From an uncultured Gammaproteobacteria bacterium (GTDB lineage Bacteria; Patescibacteriota; Patescibacteriia; Magasanikbacterales; UBA922), in the NCBI GenBank assembly GCA_964345045.1, contig CAYFPM010000001.1:108215-172214 (forward strand): 64,000 nucleotides of DNA, read 5' to 3'. This document shows, one piece after another, positions 28,522 through 36,891 of this stretch (within the stretch, counting starts at the first letter, position 1; every line of letters begins with the position of its first letter). The notes beneath the pieces were generated by a model. That model ran no database searches. It saw only the letters and a program-made list of their open reading frames with translations, and had not been told where the DNA came from. A program made the position numbers and the translations under genes.

Positions 28522-28911
28522 ATGATGACAGATCCAATAGCAGACATGTTAACTCGCATCAGAAATGCCCAGCAAATAAGAAAAGCTGAGGTTGATGTAC
28601 CATACTCAAAACTAAAACTAAAATTATTAGAAATTCTTAGTGCTGAAAGTTATATTTCTGGTTTTGAAAAAGTTGGTGACAATCACCCATTATTGCGTGT
28701 TAAACTAAAATACGAAGGCAAAGAATCTGCCATTCGCTCTATTAAACGTGAAAGTAAACCAGGTCATAGAGTGTATTGTAAAGCAGGTGAGATGCCAAGA
28801 ATTTTGAATGATTACGGTATTGCTGTTGTTTCTACTTCTAAAGGTCTTATGACTAATAAAGAAGCTAGAAAGCAAGGCATAGGTGGAGAAATTATTTGTT
28901 CAATATATTAA
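28522..28911 (+). CDS. rpsH: 30S ribosomal protein S8
   Basis: TDPIADMLTRIRNA... Confidence 0.95.
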   Translation: MMTDPIADMLTRIRNAQQIRKAEVDVPYSKLKLKLLEILSAESYISGFEKVGDNHPLLRVKLKYEGKESAIRSIKRESKPGHRVYCKAGEMPRILNDYGIAVVSTSKGLMTNKEARKQGIGGEIICSIY

Positions 28912-28984
28912 TGGTTCATGGCCAATCGTCCATTGCCATTAATATTTGACGATTGGCGATTGGCTATGAACTAAGAACTACTTT
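28912..28984. repeat. Palindromic intergenic element, family copy 4 (shorter variant)
   Basis: GGTTCATGGCCAATCGTCCATTGCC...ACGATTGGCGATTGGCTATGAACTAAGAACT. Confidence 0.65.
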
Positions 28985-28986
28985 TT

Positions 28987-29532
28987 ATGTCAAGAATAGG
29001 TAAACAAATTATAGAAATCCCAAATGGAGTCACTGTAACAGTAGCAGATGGCAAAGTTGTGGTACGCGGATCAAAGGGAGAATTATCTAGACCAATACAC
29101 AGTTTAGTATCTGTAACTGTAGCCGACAATCAAGTTACTGTAGATGTAAAGAATAAAGAAGTAAAAGAAGAAAGATCTTTGTGGGGAACTTTTTCATCTC
29201 ACATAAAGAATATGGTAGTAGGTGTAACTGAAGGATTCAAAAAACAATTAGAAGTAAACGGAGTAGGTTACCGTGTAAGCATGCAAGGTACTGACCTTAA
29301 ATTAGAAGTAGGATATTCTCATCCGGTAATTTACAAAGTAGCTCCAGAAGTAAAAGCTTCTGTAGAAAAAAATGTAATTACTTTGGAAAGTGCTGACAAA
29401 GAACTTTTGGGTAGAGTAGCTTCTGAAGTAAGAGCTGTACGTAAACCAGAACCGTATAAAGGTAAAGGTATCAAGTATATGGACGAAGTAATTCGTCGCA
29501 AGGCTGGTAAATCTGCCAAAGCCGCTGCTTAA
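28987..29532 (+). CDS. rplF: 50S ribosomal protein L6
   Basis: MSRIGKQIIEIPNGVTV... two-domain L6. Confidence 0.95.
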   Translation: MSRIGKQIIEIPNGVTVTVADGKVVVRGSKGELSRPIHSLVSVTVADNQVTVDVKNKEVKEERSLWGTFSSHIKNMVVGVTEGFKKQLEVNGVGYRVSMQGTDLKLEVGYSHPVIYKVAPEVKASVEKNVITLESADKELLGRVASEVRAVRKPEPYKGKGIKYMDEVIRRKAGKSAKAAA

Positions 29533-29541
29533 TAAAAAAAT

Positions 29542-29910
29542 ATGAAGAAATTAAGTAAATTACAACAAAGACAACGAAGACACAATAGAGTTCGTGCTGT
29601 TGTTTCTGGTACAGCGGATCGCCCTAGATTGCACGTACACCGTAGTTTGACTGGTATGTATGTACAGCTTATTGACGATGCTTCTAGCAAAACTTTGCTT
29701 AGTGTAAATAGCAAAAAAGATGCCACCAAAGGTGATGCGGGAGAAAGAAAAGGTAAAGTTGCTGTAGCTTATATATTAGGAAAAATTTTGGCAGAAAAGG
29801 CTAAAGAACAAAATATTACCAAAGTAGTTTTTGATAGATCTGGACACAGATACATGGGACGTGTACAAGCTGTAGCCGATGGTGCTCGTGATGGTGGTTT
29901 GCAGTTTTAA
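29542..29910 (+). CDS. rplR: 50S ribosomal protein L18
   Basis: ...RPRLHVHRSLTGMYVQLIDD... Confidence 0.9.
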   Translation: MKKLSKLQQRQRRHNRVRAVVSGTADRPRLHVHRSLTGMYVQLIDDASSKTLLSVNSKKDATKGDAGERKGKVAVAYILGKILAEKAKEQNITKVVFDRSGHRYMGRVQAVADGARDGGLQF

Positions 29911-29950
29911 TTAAATAATATATAGTTTAGAATCAAACGTATAAATACAT

Positions 29951-30547
29951 ATGGCACAAAAACCCGGTAGAGGCAGAGGCAAGCCTAGACAAAAAAGAGA
30001 AAAACCAGAATTTGACCAACAAATTATTGATTTGGCTCGTGTAACTCGTGTTACCAAAGGTGGTAAACAAATGAGTTTTAGAGCTACTGTTGTAATTGGT
30101 GATAGAAAAGGTAGAGTTGGTCATGGTACAGAAAAAGGAAAAGATGTACAGATCGCTGTAGAAAAAGCCGTAAACCAAGCCAAGAAAAATCTTATCAGAG
30201 TGCCAATTGTAAAAGAAACTATTCCACATAGAATTGAGAAAAAATACAAAGCTGGTAGAGTAATGATTAAACCAGCTCCAAAAGGTTCTGGTATTATTGC
30301 TGGTAGTGCTTTGCGTGTAGTTCTAGAATTAGCAGGTGTCCCAAATGCTTCTGGAAAAGTTATGGGCAAGACCAATAACAAAGTAACTAACGTAAAAGCA
30401 GCAGTAGAAGCTTTGAAAACTTTTAAATCTGTAAAGAAAACAGATAAAAATAAACCGGTTCCTACCAAAAAGAAAGTAGCTACCAAAGCTAAAGCAAAAA
30501 CCGCCTCTGTCAAAAAAGACTCCGGCGTAGTGAAAGAAGAAAAATAA
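29951..30547 (+). CDS. rpsE: 30S ribosomal protein S5 with K-rich C-terminal extension
   Basis: ...RVTRVTKGGKQMSFRATVVIGD.... The tail ends ...KTASVKKDSGVVKEEK. Confidence 0.95.
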   Translation: MAQKPGRGRGKPRQKREKPEFDQQIIDLARVTRVTKGGKQMSFRATVVIGDRKGRVGHGTEKGKDVQIAVEKAVNQAKKNLIRVPIVKETIPHRIEKKYKAGRVMIKPAPKGSGIIAGSALRVVLELAGVPNASGKVMGKTNNKVTNVKAAVEALKTFKSVKKTDKNKPVPTKKKVATKAKAKTASVKKDSGVVKEEK

Positions 30548-30548
30548 T

Positions 30549-30992
30549 ATGTCTTTAAACGCTAGCACAATTAAACCAAACAAAGGTGCCAAGAAAACTT
30601 CTAAAAGAGTTGGTCGTGGTAACGCTTCTGGAAAAGGAACAACTGCTGCCAGAGGTATGAAAGGACAAAAAGCTCGTTCTGGTGGTAAAAGTGGTACAGC
30701 TAGAAGAGGTTTTAAACAATCTTTGCAAAAGGTACCAAAACTTCGTGGTTTTAAAAGTCATGTTCCAAAAAAAGAAACAGTGACACTTAGACTTTTGGAA
30801 AAAATTACCAAAGATGGTGACACCGTAACACCGTACTTCCTAAAAGAAAAAGGGGCTATCTCTAGACCAAAAAATGGAGTAAAGATTGTAGCCACTGGAG
30901 AATTAAAAAAGAAATTAAAAGTAGAGGGTTGCTTGGCTTCTAAAAAAGCGGTAGAAGCAATAGAAAAAGCCGGAGGCAACTTAACTTTTTAA
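30549..30992 (+). CDS. rplO: 50S ribosomal protein L15 (follows rpsE directly; no rpmD/L30 gene)
   Basis: MSLNASTIKPNKGAKK...GRGNASGKGTTAARGMKGQKARSGG. Confidence 0.9.
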   Translation: MSLNASTIKPNKGAKKTSKRVGRGNASGKGTTAARGMKGQKARSGGKSGTARRGFKQSLQKVPKLRGFKSHVPKKETVTLRLLEKITKDGDTVTPYFLKEKGAISRPKNGVKIVATGELKKKLKVEGCLASKKAVEAIEKAGGNLTF

Positions 30993-31049
30993 GCAAAAAG
31001 ATATAAGATACAAGCAACAATTTGTATCTTATTATTTATATCTTGTATT

Positions 31050-32330
31050 TTGTTTAGTATGTTGGAAAAATTAAAAAGAATTTGGAAAATAAAAGAATTA
31101 CGAGGCAGCATCTTGTTTGTTCTTGGAATGCTTGTTATCTTCCGTTTGGTAGCTCATATCCCTGTGCCGGGGGTAGATGTAGACAATCTAAGAGCTTTTT
31201 TGGCAGGCAACCAAGTGCTTGGATTACTTAATGTATTTTCTGGTGGGACTATAGAAAATTTTTCTGTAGTCATGCTTGGGATTGCTCCGTATATTACTTC
31301 TTCTATTATTTTTCAGTTGCTTACCATGGTTGTCCCACAGTTAGAAGAGCTAAGTAAAGAAGGTGAGTCTGGTCAGCAAAAAATAAATATGTATACCAGA
31401 TTGGCTACCGTGCCATTGGCTTTGTTACAAGCTTATGCATTTTTGCAACTGTTAAATAATTCTAACGCAGCTATCTTTGGCGGAGTTTCTACTTGGCAGT
31501 TTATTTCCATGGTATTGGTTGTCACTGCCGGTACTGTCTTCCTAATGTGGATTGGAGAGCTTATCACCGAAAGAAAAATTGGTAATGGTATTTCATTGCT
31601 TATCTTTGCTGGTATTATTTCTGCTTTGCCAAGCGCACTTCGTAATGCCATTGTAAACTATAATCCATCGGATCTTTATACTTATATTTTGTTTTTGGTG
31701 ATTGCAATTGCCACTGTAGTAGGTGTTGTAATTATTAGTGAAGGACAAAGAAATATTCCAGTTAGTTATGCCAAACAAGTTCGTGGTGGTAGAGTGCTTG
31801 GTGGCGCTACTACTCATTTGCCACTTCGTGTAAACATGGCTGGAGTTATCCCGATTATCTTTGCGATTTCAATTGTGCTTTTCCCATCTATGGTAGCTCA
31901 ATTTTTTGTAAATGGAACTGGATTTTTGGCTAGGGCTTCTGAGGCGACTATTAATTTGTTTAACAATCAATTGTTTTACGGAGCTACTTATTTTTTGTTA
32001 GTATTTGGTTTTACATATTTCTACACAGCTGTAATTTTCAAACCGGAAAAAATGGCTGAAAATTTGCAACGACAGGGTGGTTTTATTCCAGGTATTAGAC
32101 CAGGCAAAGAAACCGAAGAATACTTGTCTAGAACTATGACCAGATTGGTTTTTGTTGGAGCTTTGTTTTTGGCTATTATTGCTATTTTGCCTCTCTTAAT
32201 GCAGCTTATTACCAATTCTCAAACTTTGGTAGTTGGTGGTACTGGTCTGCTTATCGTGGTGTCTGTGGCTATAGAAACTGCCAAGCAAATTCAAGCACAG
32301 TTGACTGTGCACGAGTACGATAAGATCTAG
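31050..32330 (+). CDS. secY: Preprotein translocase subunit SecY
   Basis: 10-TM topology and conserved ...LGIAPYITSSIIFQLL... block. Confidence 0.95.
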   Translation: MFSMLEKLKRIWKIKELRGSILFVLGMLVIFRLVAHIPVPGVDVDNLRAFLAGNQVLGLLNVFSGGTIENFSVVMLGIAPYITSSIIFQLLTMVVPQLEELSKEGESGQQKINMYTRLATVPLALLQAYAFLQLLNNSNAAIFGGVSTWQFISMVLVVTAGTVFLMWIGELITERKIGNGISLLIFAGIISALPSALRNAIVNYNPSDLYTYILFLVIAIATVVGVVIISEGQRNIPVSYAKQVRGGRVLGGATTHLPLRVNMAGVIPIIFAISIVLFPSMVAQFFVNGTGFLARASEATINLFNNQLFYGATYFLLVFGFTYFYTAVIFKPEKMAENLQRQGGFIPGIRPGKETEEYLSRTMTRLVFVGALFLAIIAILPLLMQLITNSQTLVVGGTGLLIVVSVAIETAKQIQAQLTVHEYDKI

Positions 32331-32364
32331 TCATGAAAACAAAAAAGCAATAAGGTATAAAAAA

Positions 32365-32399
32365 TACCCCGCACCATTTTGGTGCGGGGTTCTTTTTTG
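32365..32399 (+). terminator. Intrinsic terminator after secY
   Basis: ACCCCGCACC-ATTTT-GGTGCGGGGT followed by TCTTTTTTG. Confidence 0.7.
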
Positions 32400-32484
32400 T
32401 CTTCATTTTTATAAAAACAAAAGAGATGGGGGAGTAGGTGAAATACACTTGGGTAAGGCTCTCAGCTACTCAGGTGTGGGCATT

Positions 32485-33456
32485 CTAAGCGCCACGGAAA
32501 GGACATTCTTCCAAACGTAGTTCCTTGATCACAGACTCTGGGGGGCAATATCGAAGTGGCTGGTTGAACCAGCGCTTCTCTTGGCTTCCTTCTTCTAGAC
32601 AGAAACCGCCGCATTCAGAGGTTTCCTCCTCGAAGTATTCAATGGCTCGTTCCACTACGCTACCTTTGTCACCAATAATCTGCTTGAGATCTTCAGCGAG
32701 GCCGACAGCGGCCTTGGTTCGCTTCTCTTGGTTTTGGGCTAGGCGCCGGTTGGCTTCTTCCACGTCCAGGCTTTCCGGAACCTCTAGCTGCTCAACTTGG
32801 CTTAGCCTGAGCGAAAACCACATTCGACCTAGCTGGACGATATCCAGTTGATCATTACTCTGACGTAGTGCATCTTCGATAACCGGGATCGCTCCGCGGA
32901 TACCCAGGATCATCAGAGCAATTCGTGCTTGGTTCTTTGTGGCTAGATCGATTCGGTTGTTGATGAGAGCGTCGTGGACGACGCGGCGAGCCACAACTTG
33001 CCAGGCAAGTCCGCAAAATACGGCGTCATACTCCTTGAATTCATCGAATCCATGCAGGTTGAGCGCTTCCGATGCCTCTACAAGCATGGAGTAAGCATGC
33101 TGTCGCTGTCCGATCTGGTTGGCGGCGAGCAGGTTGGCCGCGGCGCAGGCCAGCGAGGCTCCCTGCCCGGTTGCGAAGCCGGTCCAGGTGCTGGGCCACT
33201 TGGTGCAGACACGGGGTTCAACCTGGAGACCCCTGATCTTGTTGTCGGTGTTGATGGGGTCGTCTTTGGCTAGAAGAGACGGGGTGATGTGTAGTGCACA
33301 TCTGTTTTCGTGTCGTGGGGTCATCGTGTCCGCGATGGGATTCTGCAGAAGAGGTTCCTTTTGGACGGGGGTGTTGGTAGATGTTTCGTGACACCCACTA
33401 GTTATGGTAGCGAACAGGACGAGGATGTTGACGATTGCCGAGTTGCTTTTCAGCAT
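32485..33456 (-). CDS. GC-rich (about 58%) putative lipoprotein inserted between secY and adk
   Basis: Signal peptide with lipobox (ITSGC). GAAAGGA RBS. Codon usage and GC clearly differ from neighbours. C-terminal Cys-containing tail. Confidence 0.55.
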   Translation of the reverse strand: MLKSNSAIVNILVLFATITSGCHETSTNTPVQKEPLLQNPIADTMTPRHENRCALHITPSLLAKDDPINTDNKIRGLQVEPRVCTKWPSTWTGFATGQGASLACAAANLLAANQIGQRQHAYSMLVEASEALNLHGFDEFKEYDAVFCGLAWQVVARRVVHDALINNRIDLATKNQARIALMILGIRGAIPVIEDALRQSNDQLDIVQLGRMWFSLRLSQVEQLEVPESLDVEEANRRLAQNQEKRTKAAVGLAEDLKQIIGDKGSVVERAIEYFEEETSECGGFCLEEGSQEKRWFNQPLRYCPPESVIKELRLEECPFRGA

Positions 33457-33586
33457 GGATCGTTCCTTTCTTGCTTGTTGGTGTGCCTAGCCAAGTATAT
33501 ACAGCTTGGGCACAGTTGTAAAAAGAGCAATATGTAAATCTATCAAAAATTTGTATATTTGTCAATATTTAAATAATTAATTATTC

Positions 33587-33615
33587 TTGTCAACCTAGCA
33601 AAATTTTGTTATAGT
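33587..33615 (+). promoter_or_regulatory. sigma70-like promoter (TTGTCA-N17-TATAGT)
   Basis: CTTGTCAACCTAGCAAAATTTTGTTATAGT. Confidence 0.45.
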
Positions 33616-33640
33616 AGGCTGGCTTAAATTTGCTAAAAAT

Positions 33641-33937
33641 ATGGGAATTTTAGGGGACATTTTTGGTTTTTCTGCTAGCAATCTTTCTACAGAGGAAAAA
33701 TCCGTTAGCCGAGCAGTTATAGATAATTTGGTCTCTTCTAGCCGGGTGCAAAGTTTGTCACAAAAAGAAGCTATAGAAATAAGACAAGAACTAGACAAGC
33801 GTCGTCGGGGAGATGGAAAAATATCTTTGGCTCAAGTACACGAAGTTTTACTAAGATTGAGAAACCAAAATAAAATAAGTGAAGTAGATAAAAAAGGTGT
33901 AGAAAGACAGTTTAAAAATTATTTTGAAAATAGCTAA
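33641..33937 (+). CDS. Hypothetical 98-aa protein translationally coupled to adk
   Basis: Its stop codon lies 1 nt before the adk ATG. Native-like composition. Confidence 0.45.
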   Translation: MGILGDIFGFSASNLSTEEKSVSRAVIDNLVSSSRVQSLSQKEAIEIRQELDKRRRGDGKISLAQVHEVLLRLRNQNKISEVDKKGVERQFKNYFENS

Positions 33938-33938
33938 C

Positions 33939-34532
33939 ATGAAAAAAGTTATTATACTTATGGGGGTTCCTGGTAGTGGCAAGGGAACCCAAGCCAAAAA
34001 AATTGTTGAAAAATATAATTATGGTCATATTTCGACCGGAGATTTATTGCGTGCTTTGGAAAGTGATGCGAATGCCGACCCAGAAGATTTGCAAAAATTG
34101 GCCGACATGAAGGCCGGCAAATTAGTCTCTGATGATTTGATTTACAAACTAGCTTTTCGAGAAATTGAAAAATATCTAGACAATGGTCAAGGAGTGGTTC
34201 TTGATGGAGCTATAAGAAATGCAGACCAAGCCAAAAAGTATCAACAATTTTTTGAAGAAAAAAACCTGGGAGACGATATGGTAGTAATAGAAGTGCATAT
34301 TTCCGACGAGACAATTATGAGAAGATTAGAAATAAGATTGGAAACATTTGGTAAAACCAGATCGGACGATGACCCGGAAATAATGAAAAAAAGAATTAAA
34401 GAACAAGGTAACGAAGCTATTAAACCAATTCTAGATTATTATAAAGAATTAAATATTTTAGAAGTAATAGATGGGGAACCTCCAATTGATGAAGTTGAAA
34501 AAAGTGTGGAGGAAGTTTTATCAAAAAATTAA
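33939..34532 (+). CDS. adk: Adenylate kinase
   Basis: MKKVIILMGVPGSGKGTQAKKIVEKYNYGHISTGDLLR. Confidence 0.9.
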   Translation: MKKVIILMGVPGSGKGTQAKKIVEKYNYGHISTGDLLRALESDANADPEDLQKLADMKAGKLVSDDLIYKLAFREIEKYLDNGQGVVLDGAIRNADQAKKYQQFFEEKNLGDDMVVIEVHISDETIMRRLEIRLETFGKTRSDDDPEIMKKRIKEQGNEAIKPILDYYKELNILEVIDGEPPIDEVEKSVEEVLSKN

Positions 34533-34539
34533 CTTTGAG

Positions 34540-34720
34540 CTGTCATTACGAGGAGTATGAAATAACGACGTAGTAATCTCTGGATAGAAAGTATTAGAGA
34601 TTGCTACGTCGCTGCGCTCTACGACGCAAGGTACGGTCCGATGTTTCAATACGGACTCCGTACCTTGCGTCGGAGAGTCCTTATCGCAAGCATCGGACCT
34701 TGCAATGACAGATATTGTAT
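34540..34720. repeat. MITE-like structured element with TGTCATTRCGAGG terminal inverted repeats and nested hairpins
   Basis: Ends are GCTGTCATTACGAGG ... CCTTGCAATGACAG. Internal inverted repeats CGACGTAGTAATCTCT/AGAGATTGCTACGTCG and GACGCAAGGTACGG/CCGTACCTTGCGTC. A related element with the same termini is at 45545-45700. Confidence 0.65.
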
Positions 34721-35521
34721 ATGTCTTACGTAAAAAAATTAGAAGAAACAAAAAAAATTGAAGAGGGAGGAAAATTGATAGGAGAAATACTGGAAAAAAT
34801 ATCAAAAATGGTAAAGCCAGGTATTTCTACTTGGGAAATTGATCAAGAAGCAGAAAGATTGATAAAAGAAATTGGCGGTAGACCGGCTTTTAAAAATTAT
34901 AAACCAAGGATAACAGATACTCCATTTCCTGGAACTATTTGTGCCTCTATCAATAATGAATTGGTGCATGGTATCCCCAGTAAAGAAAGAATTCTTAAAG
35001 AGGGGGATATCTTTAGTATGGATATTGGAATGGAATATCCTTTGGGTAAAGAACAAGGATATTATACAGATACAGCTTTGACAGTGCCGGTTGGTAAACT
35101 TAATAAAAAAACTTACGAACTTTTGAATGTAACTTCGGAGGCTCTGGAAGAGGGGATTGTCATGTGTAAACCGGGCAATACTATAGCCGATATTGGTAGA
35201 GCTATAGAGGATTATGTAAAATCTCAAGGTAAATATGGTATTGTTCGTGATTTGGTAGGACATGGAGTGGGTCACAAACCTCATGAAGAACCGGCTGTCC
35301 CAAATTTTTATGCCAAAGAATTAGAATCTTGGGTTTTGGAGCCGGGAGTCGTTATTGCAATTGAACCGATGATAACGCTAGGAACGCACGAGGTAGAAAC
35401 AGCCGAAGATAGATGGACTATTCTTACCGCCGACAATAGCTTGAATGCTCACTTTGAGCATACCGTTATAATTACCGAAGATGAGCCAATTGTGGCTACC
35501 AGAAGACCAAGTGAAAAATAA
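34715..35521 (+). CDS. map: Methionine aminopeptidase type I
   Basis: ...HGIP...DIGMEY...GHGVGHKPHEEP...EHTVIIT metal-binding residues. Confidence 0.9.
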   Translation: MYMSYVKKLEETKKIEEGGKLIGEILEKISKMVKPGISTWEIDQEAERLIKEIGGRPAFKNYKPRITDTPFPGTICASINNELVHGIPSKERILKEGDIFSMDIGMEYPLGKEQGYYTDTALTVPVGKLNKKTYELLNVTSEALEEGIVMCKPGNTIADIGRAIEDYVKSQGKYGIVRDLVGHGVGHKPHEEPAVPNFYAKELESWVLEPGVVIAIEPMITLGTHEVETAEDRWTILTADNSLNAHFEHTVIITEDEPIVATRRPSEK

Positions 35522-35522
35522 T

Positions 35523-35903
35523 ATGAACATACTAGCCATAGACTATGGTGAAAAAAAAATTGGTTTGGCTTGGATGCAAACTGGCATTGATGTGGTTTTG
35601 CCATACGGAAAAATAGAGAATATTGATTTGGCATTGGCTATAGGTCAAGTGGTAGAATTGATAGAAGATGAAAATGTAGACAAAGTGGTAGTAGGCTTAC
35701 CCATTGGTCTAGATGGAGAAGAAAATGAAAATACCAAAAGAGTGAGAGATTTTGCTAGAGAATTAAAAAGTAAAATTGATATTAAGATAGATTTTGTAGA
35801 CGAGCGTTTTAGTTCTCGCCAAGCAGACAGCACTCCGGGAGACGTAAGCCGAGATGAAAAAGCGGCTATGATTATTTTGCAAAGTTATATTGATAGTAAT
35901 TGA
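35523..35903 (+). CDS. ruvX: Holliday-junction resolvase-like YqgF/RuvX
   Basis: MNILAIDYGEKKIGLA...VVVGLPIGLDG. Confidence 0.8.
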   Translation: MNILAIDYGEKKIGLAWMQTGIDVVLPYGKIENIDLALAIGQVVELIEDENVDKVVVGLPIGLDGEENENTKRVRDFARELKSKIDIKIDFVDERFSSRQADSTPGDVSRDEKAAMIILQSYIDSN

Positions 35904-35904
35904 T

Positions 35905-35985
35905 GTGCGAATTACGAATATTGCGAATTTACGAATTATGTTGTTTTTAAATTCGTATATTCGTACAATTCGTAATTCGTACATA
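35905..35985. repeat. Palindromic CGAATTACGAAT-type intergenic element
   Basis: GCGAATTACGAATATTGCGAATTTACGAATT...AATTCGTATATTCGTACAATTCGTAATTCGTAC. A related fragment is at 56785-56815. Confidence 0.6.
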
Positions 35986-35988
35986 TTT

Positions 35989-36774
35989 ATGCAAGCAATT
36001 GTTTTATCCCGTCGAGATTTTCGAGAGAACGACCAGATTGTAAGTTTTTATACCAAGGAAAAAGGAAAGATTGAACTCTTGGCTCGAGGAGTAAAAAAAA
36101 TTACTAGTAAAAATGCGGCTCATCTGGAGCCGTTTTCTTTGGTTTGGATAGAGATGGTTTCTGGCAAAGAGTTAAATCATCTAACCAAAGTTGTACCTGT
36201 TAATTTTTTTACAAATATTAGACAAAATTTTTTAGGGAGTAGGAGGGCAGGTTTTGTAGTTTCTTTTTTGGATAAGATGTTGGAAGTAGGAGAGCCAGAC
36301 AAAAAAATTTGGGATATCTCTTTGTCGTATCTTAAGTTTATTGATCAAAATTTGAATAATCAATCTAATTCAATAAATCTGCTAACTTTGGTAGATGCTT
36401 ATATTGTTAAGTTATTAAATTATTTGGGTTTGTCACCCATTTTGGATAGGTGTGTGGTTTGTGAAAAAAGTTTTCAAGAAATTGCCAAAGAGCAAATTGT
36501 TACCAATAAAAAAGCCGGTATGTATTTTGCCGGTGGAGGTTTGATCTGTCCAACCTGTTTACCAGAAAAGCAAAAAATTGGAGAAGAAATTTCGATTTGT
36601 GGTTTGAAAGAGATTGGAGACATGGAAATTTTGAGCAAAGGAGAGTGGTTGGCAATTAATAAATTTGAGATGACTAGTACAGAGAGACCCAGGTTACACA
36701 AGCTTATTTATGATTATTTGACTTTTCATAGTGAGAAAAAAATAGTTGATTGGAACAAAGTTTTGCAAATATAA
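35989..36774 (+). CDS. recO: DNA repair protein RecO
   Basis: MQAIVLSRRDFRENDQIVSFYTKEKGKIELLARGVKK... plus a C-terminal Cys cluster (CVVCEK...CPTC). Confidence 0.75.
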   Translation: MQAIVLSRRDFRENDQIVSFYTKEKGKIELLARGVKKITSKNAAHLEPFSLVWIEMVSGKELNHLTKVVPVNFFTNIRQNFLGSRRAGFVVSFLDKMLEVGEPDKKIWDISLSYLKFIDQNLNNQSNSINLLTLVDAYIVKLLNYLGLSPILDRCVVCEKSFQEIAKEQIVTNKKAGMYFAGGGLICPTCLPEKQKIGEEISICGLKEIGDMEILSKGEWLAINKFEMTSTERPRLHKLIYDYLTFHSEKKIVDWNKVLQI

Positions 36775-36799
36775 AAAATCCTGTTCAACAGGATTTTTT
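36775..36799 (+). terminator. Intrinsic terminator after recO
   Basis: AAAAATCCTGTTCAACAGGATTTTT. Confidence 0.7.
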
Positions 36800-36891
36800 A
36801 CTTCTCAATAGTCTCGATGATTCAAGATGATTGGGAATTGGGGGAAGGCGGGGGCTGTAGTCTGAATTAACTCAGCGCGTTCCCGAAGGAG

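Noticed and set aside
33310-33537. Plus-strand ORFs overlapping the GC-rich lipoprotein gene
   Set aside because: Typical GC-rich antisense ORFs; the minus-strand gene has the signal peptide, lipobox and RBS.
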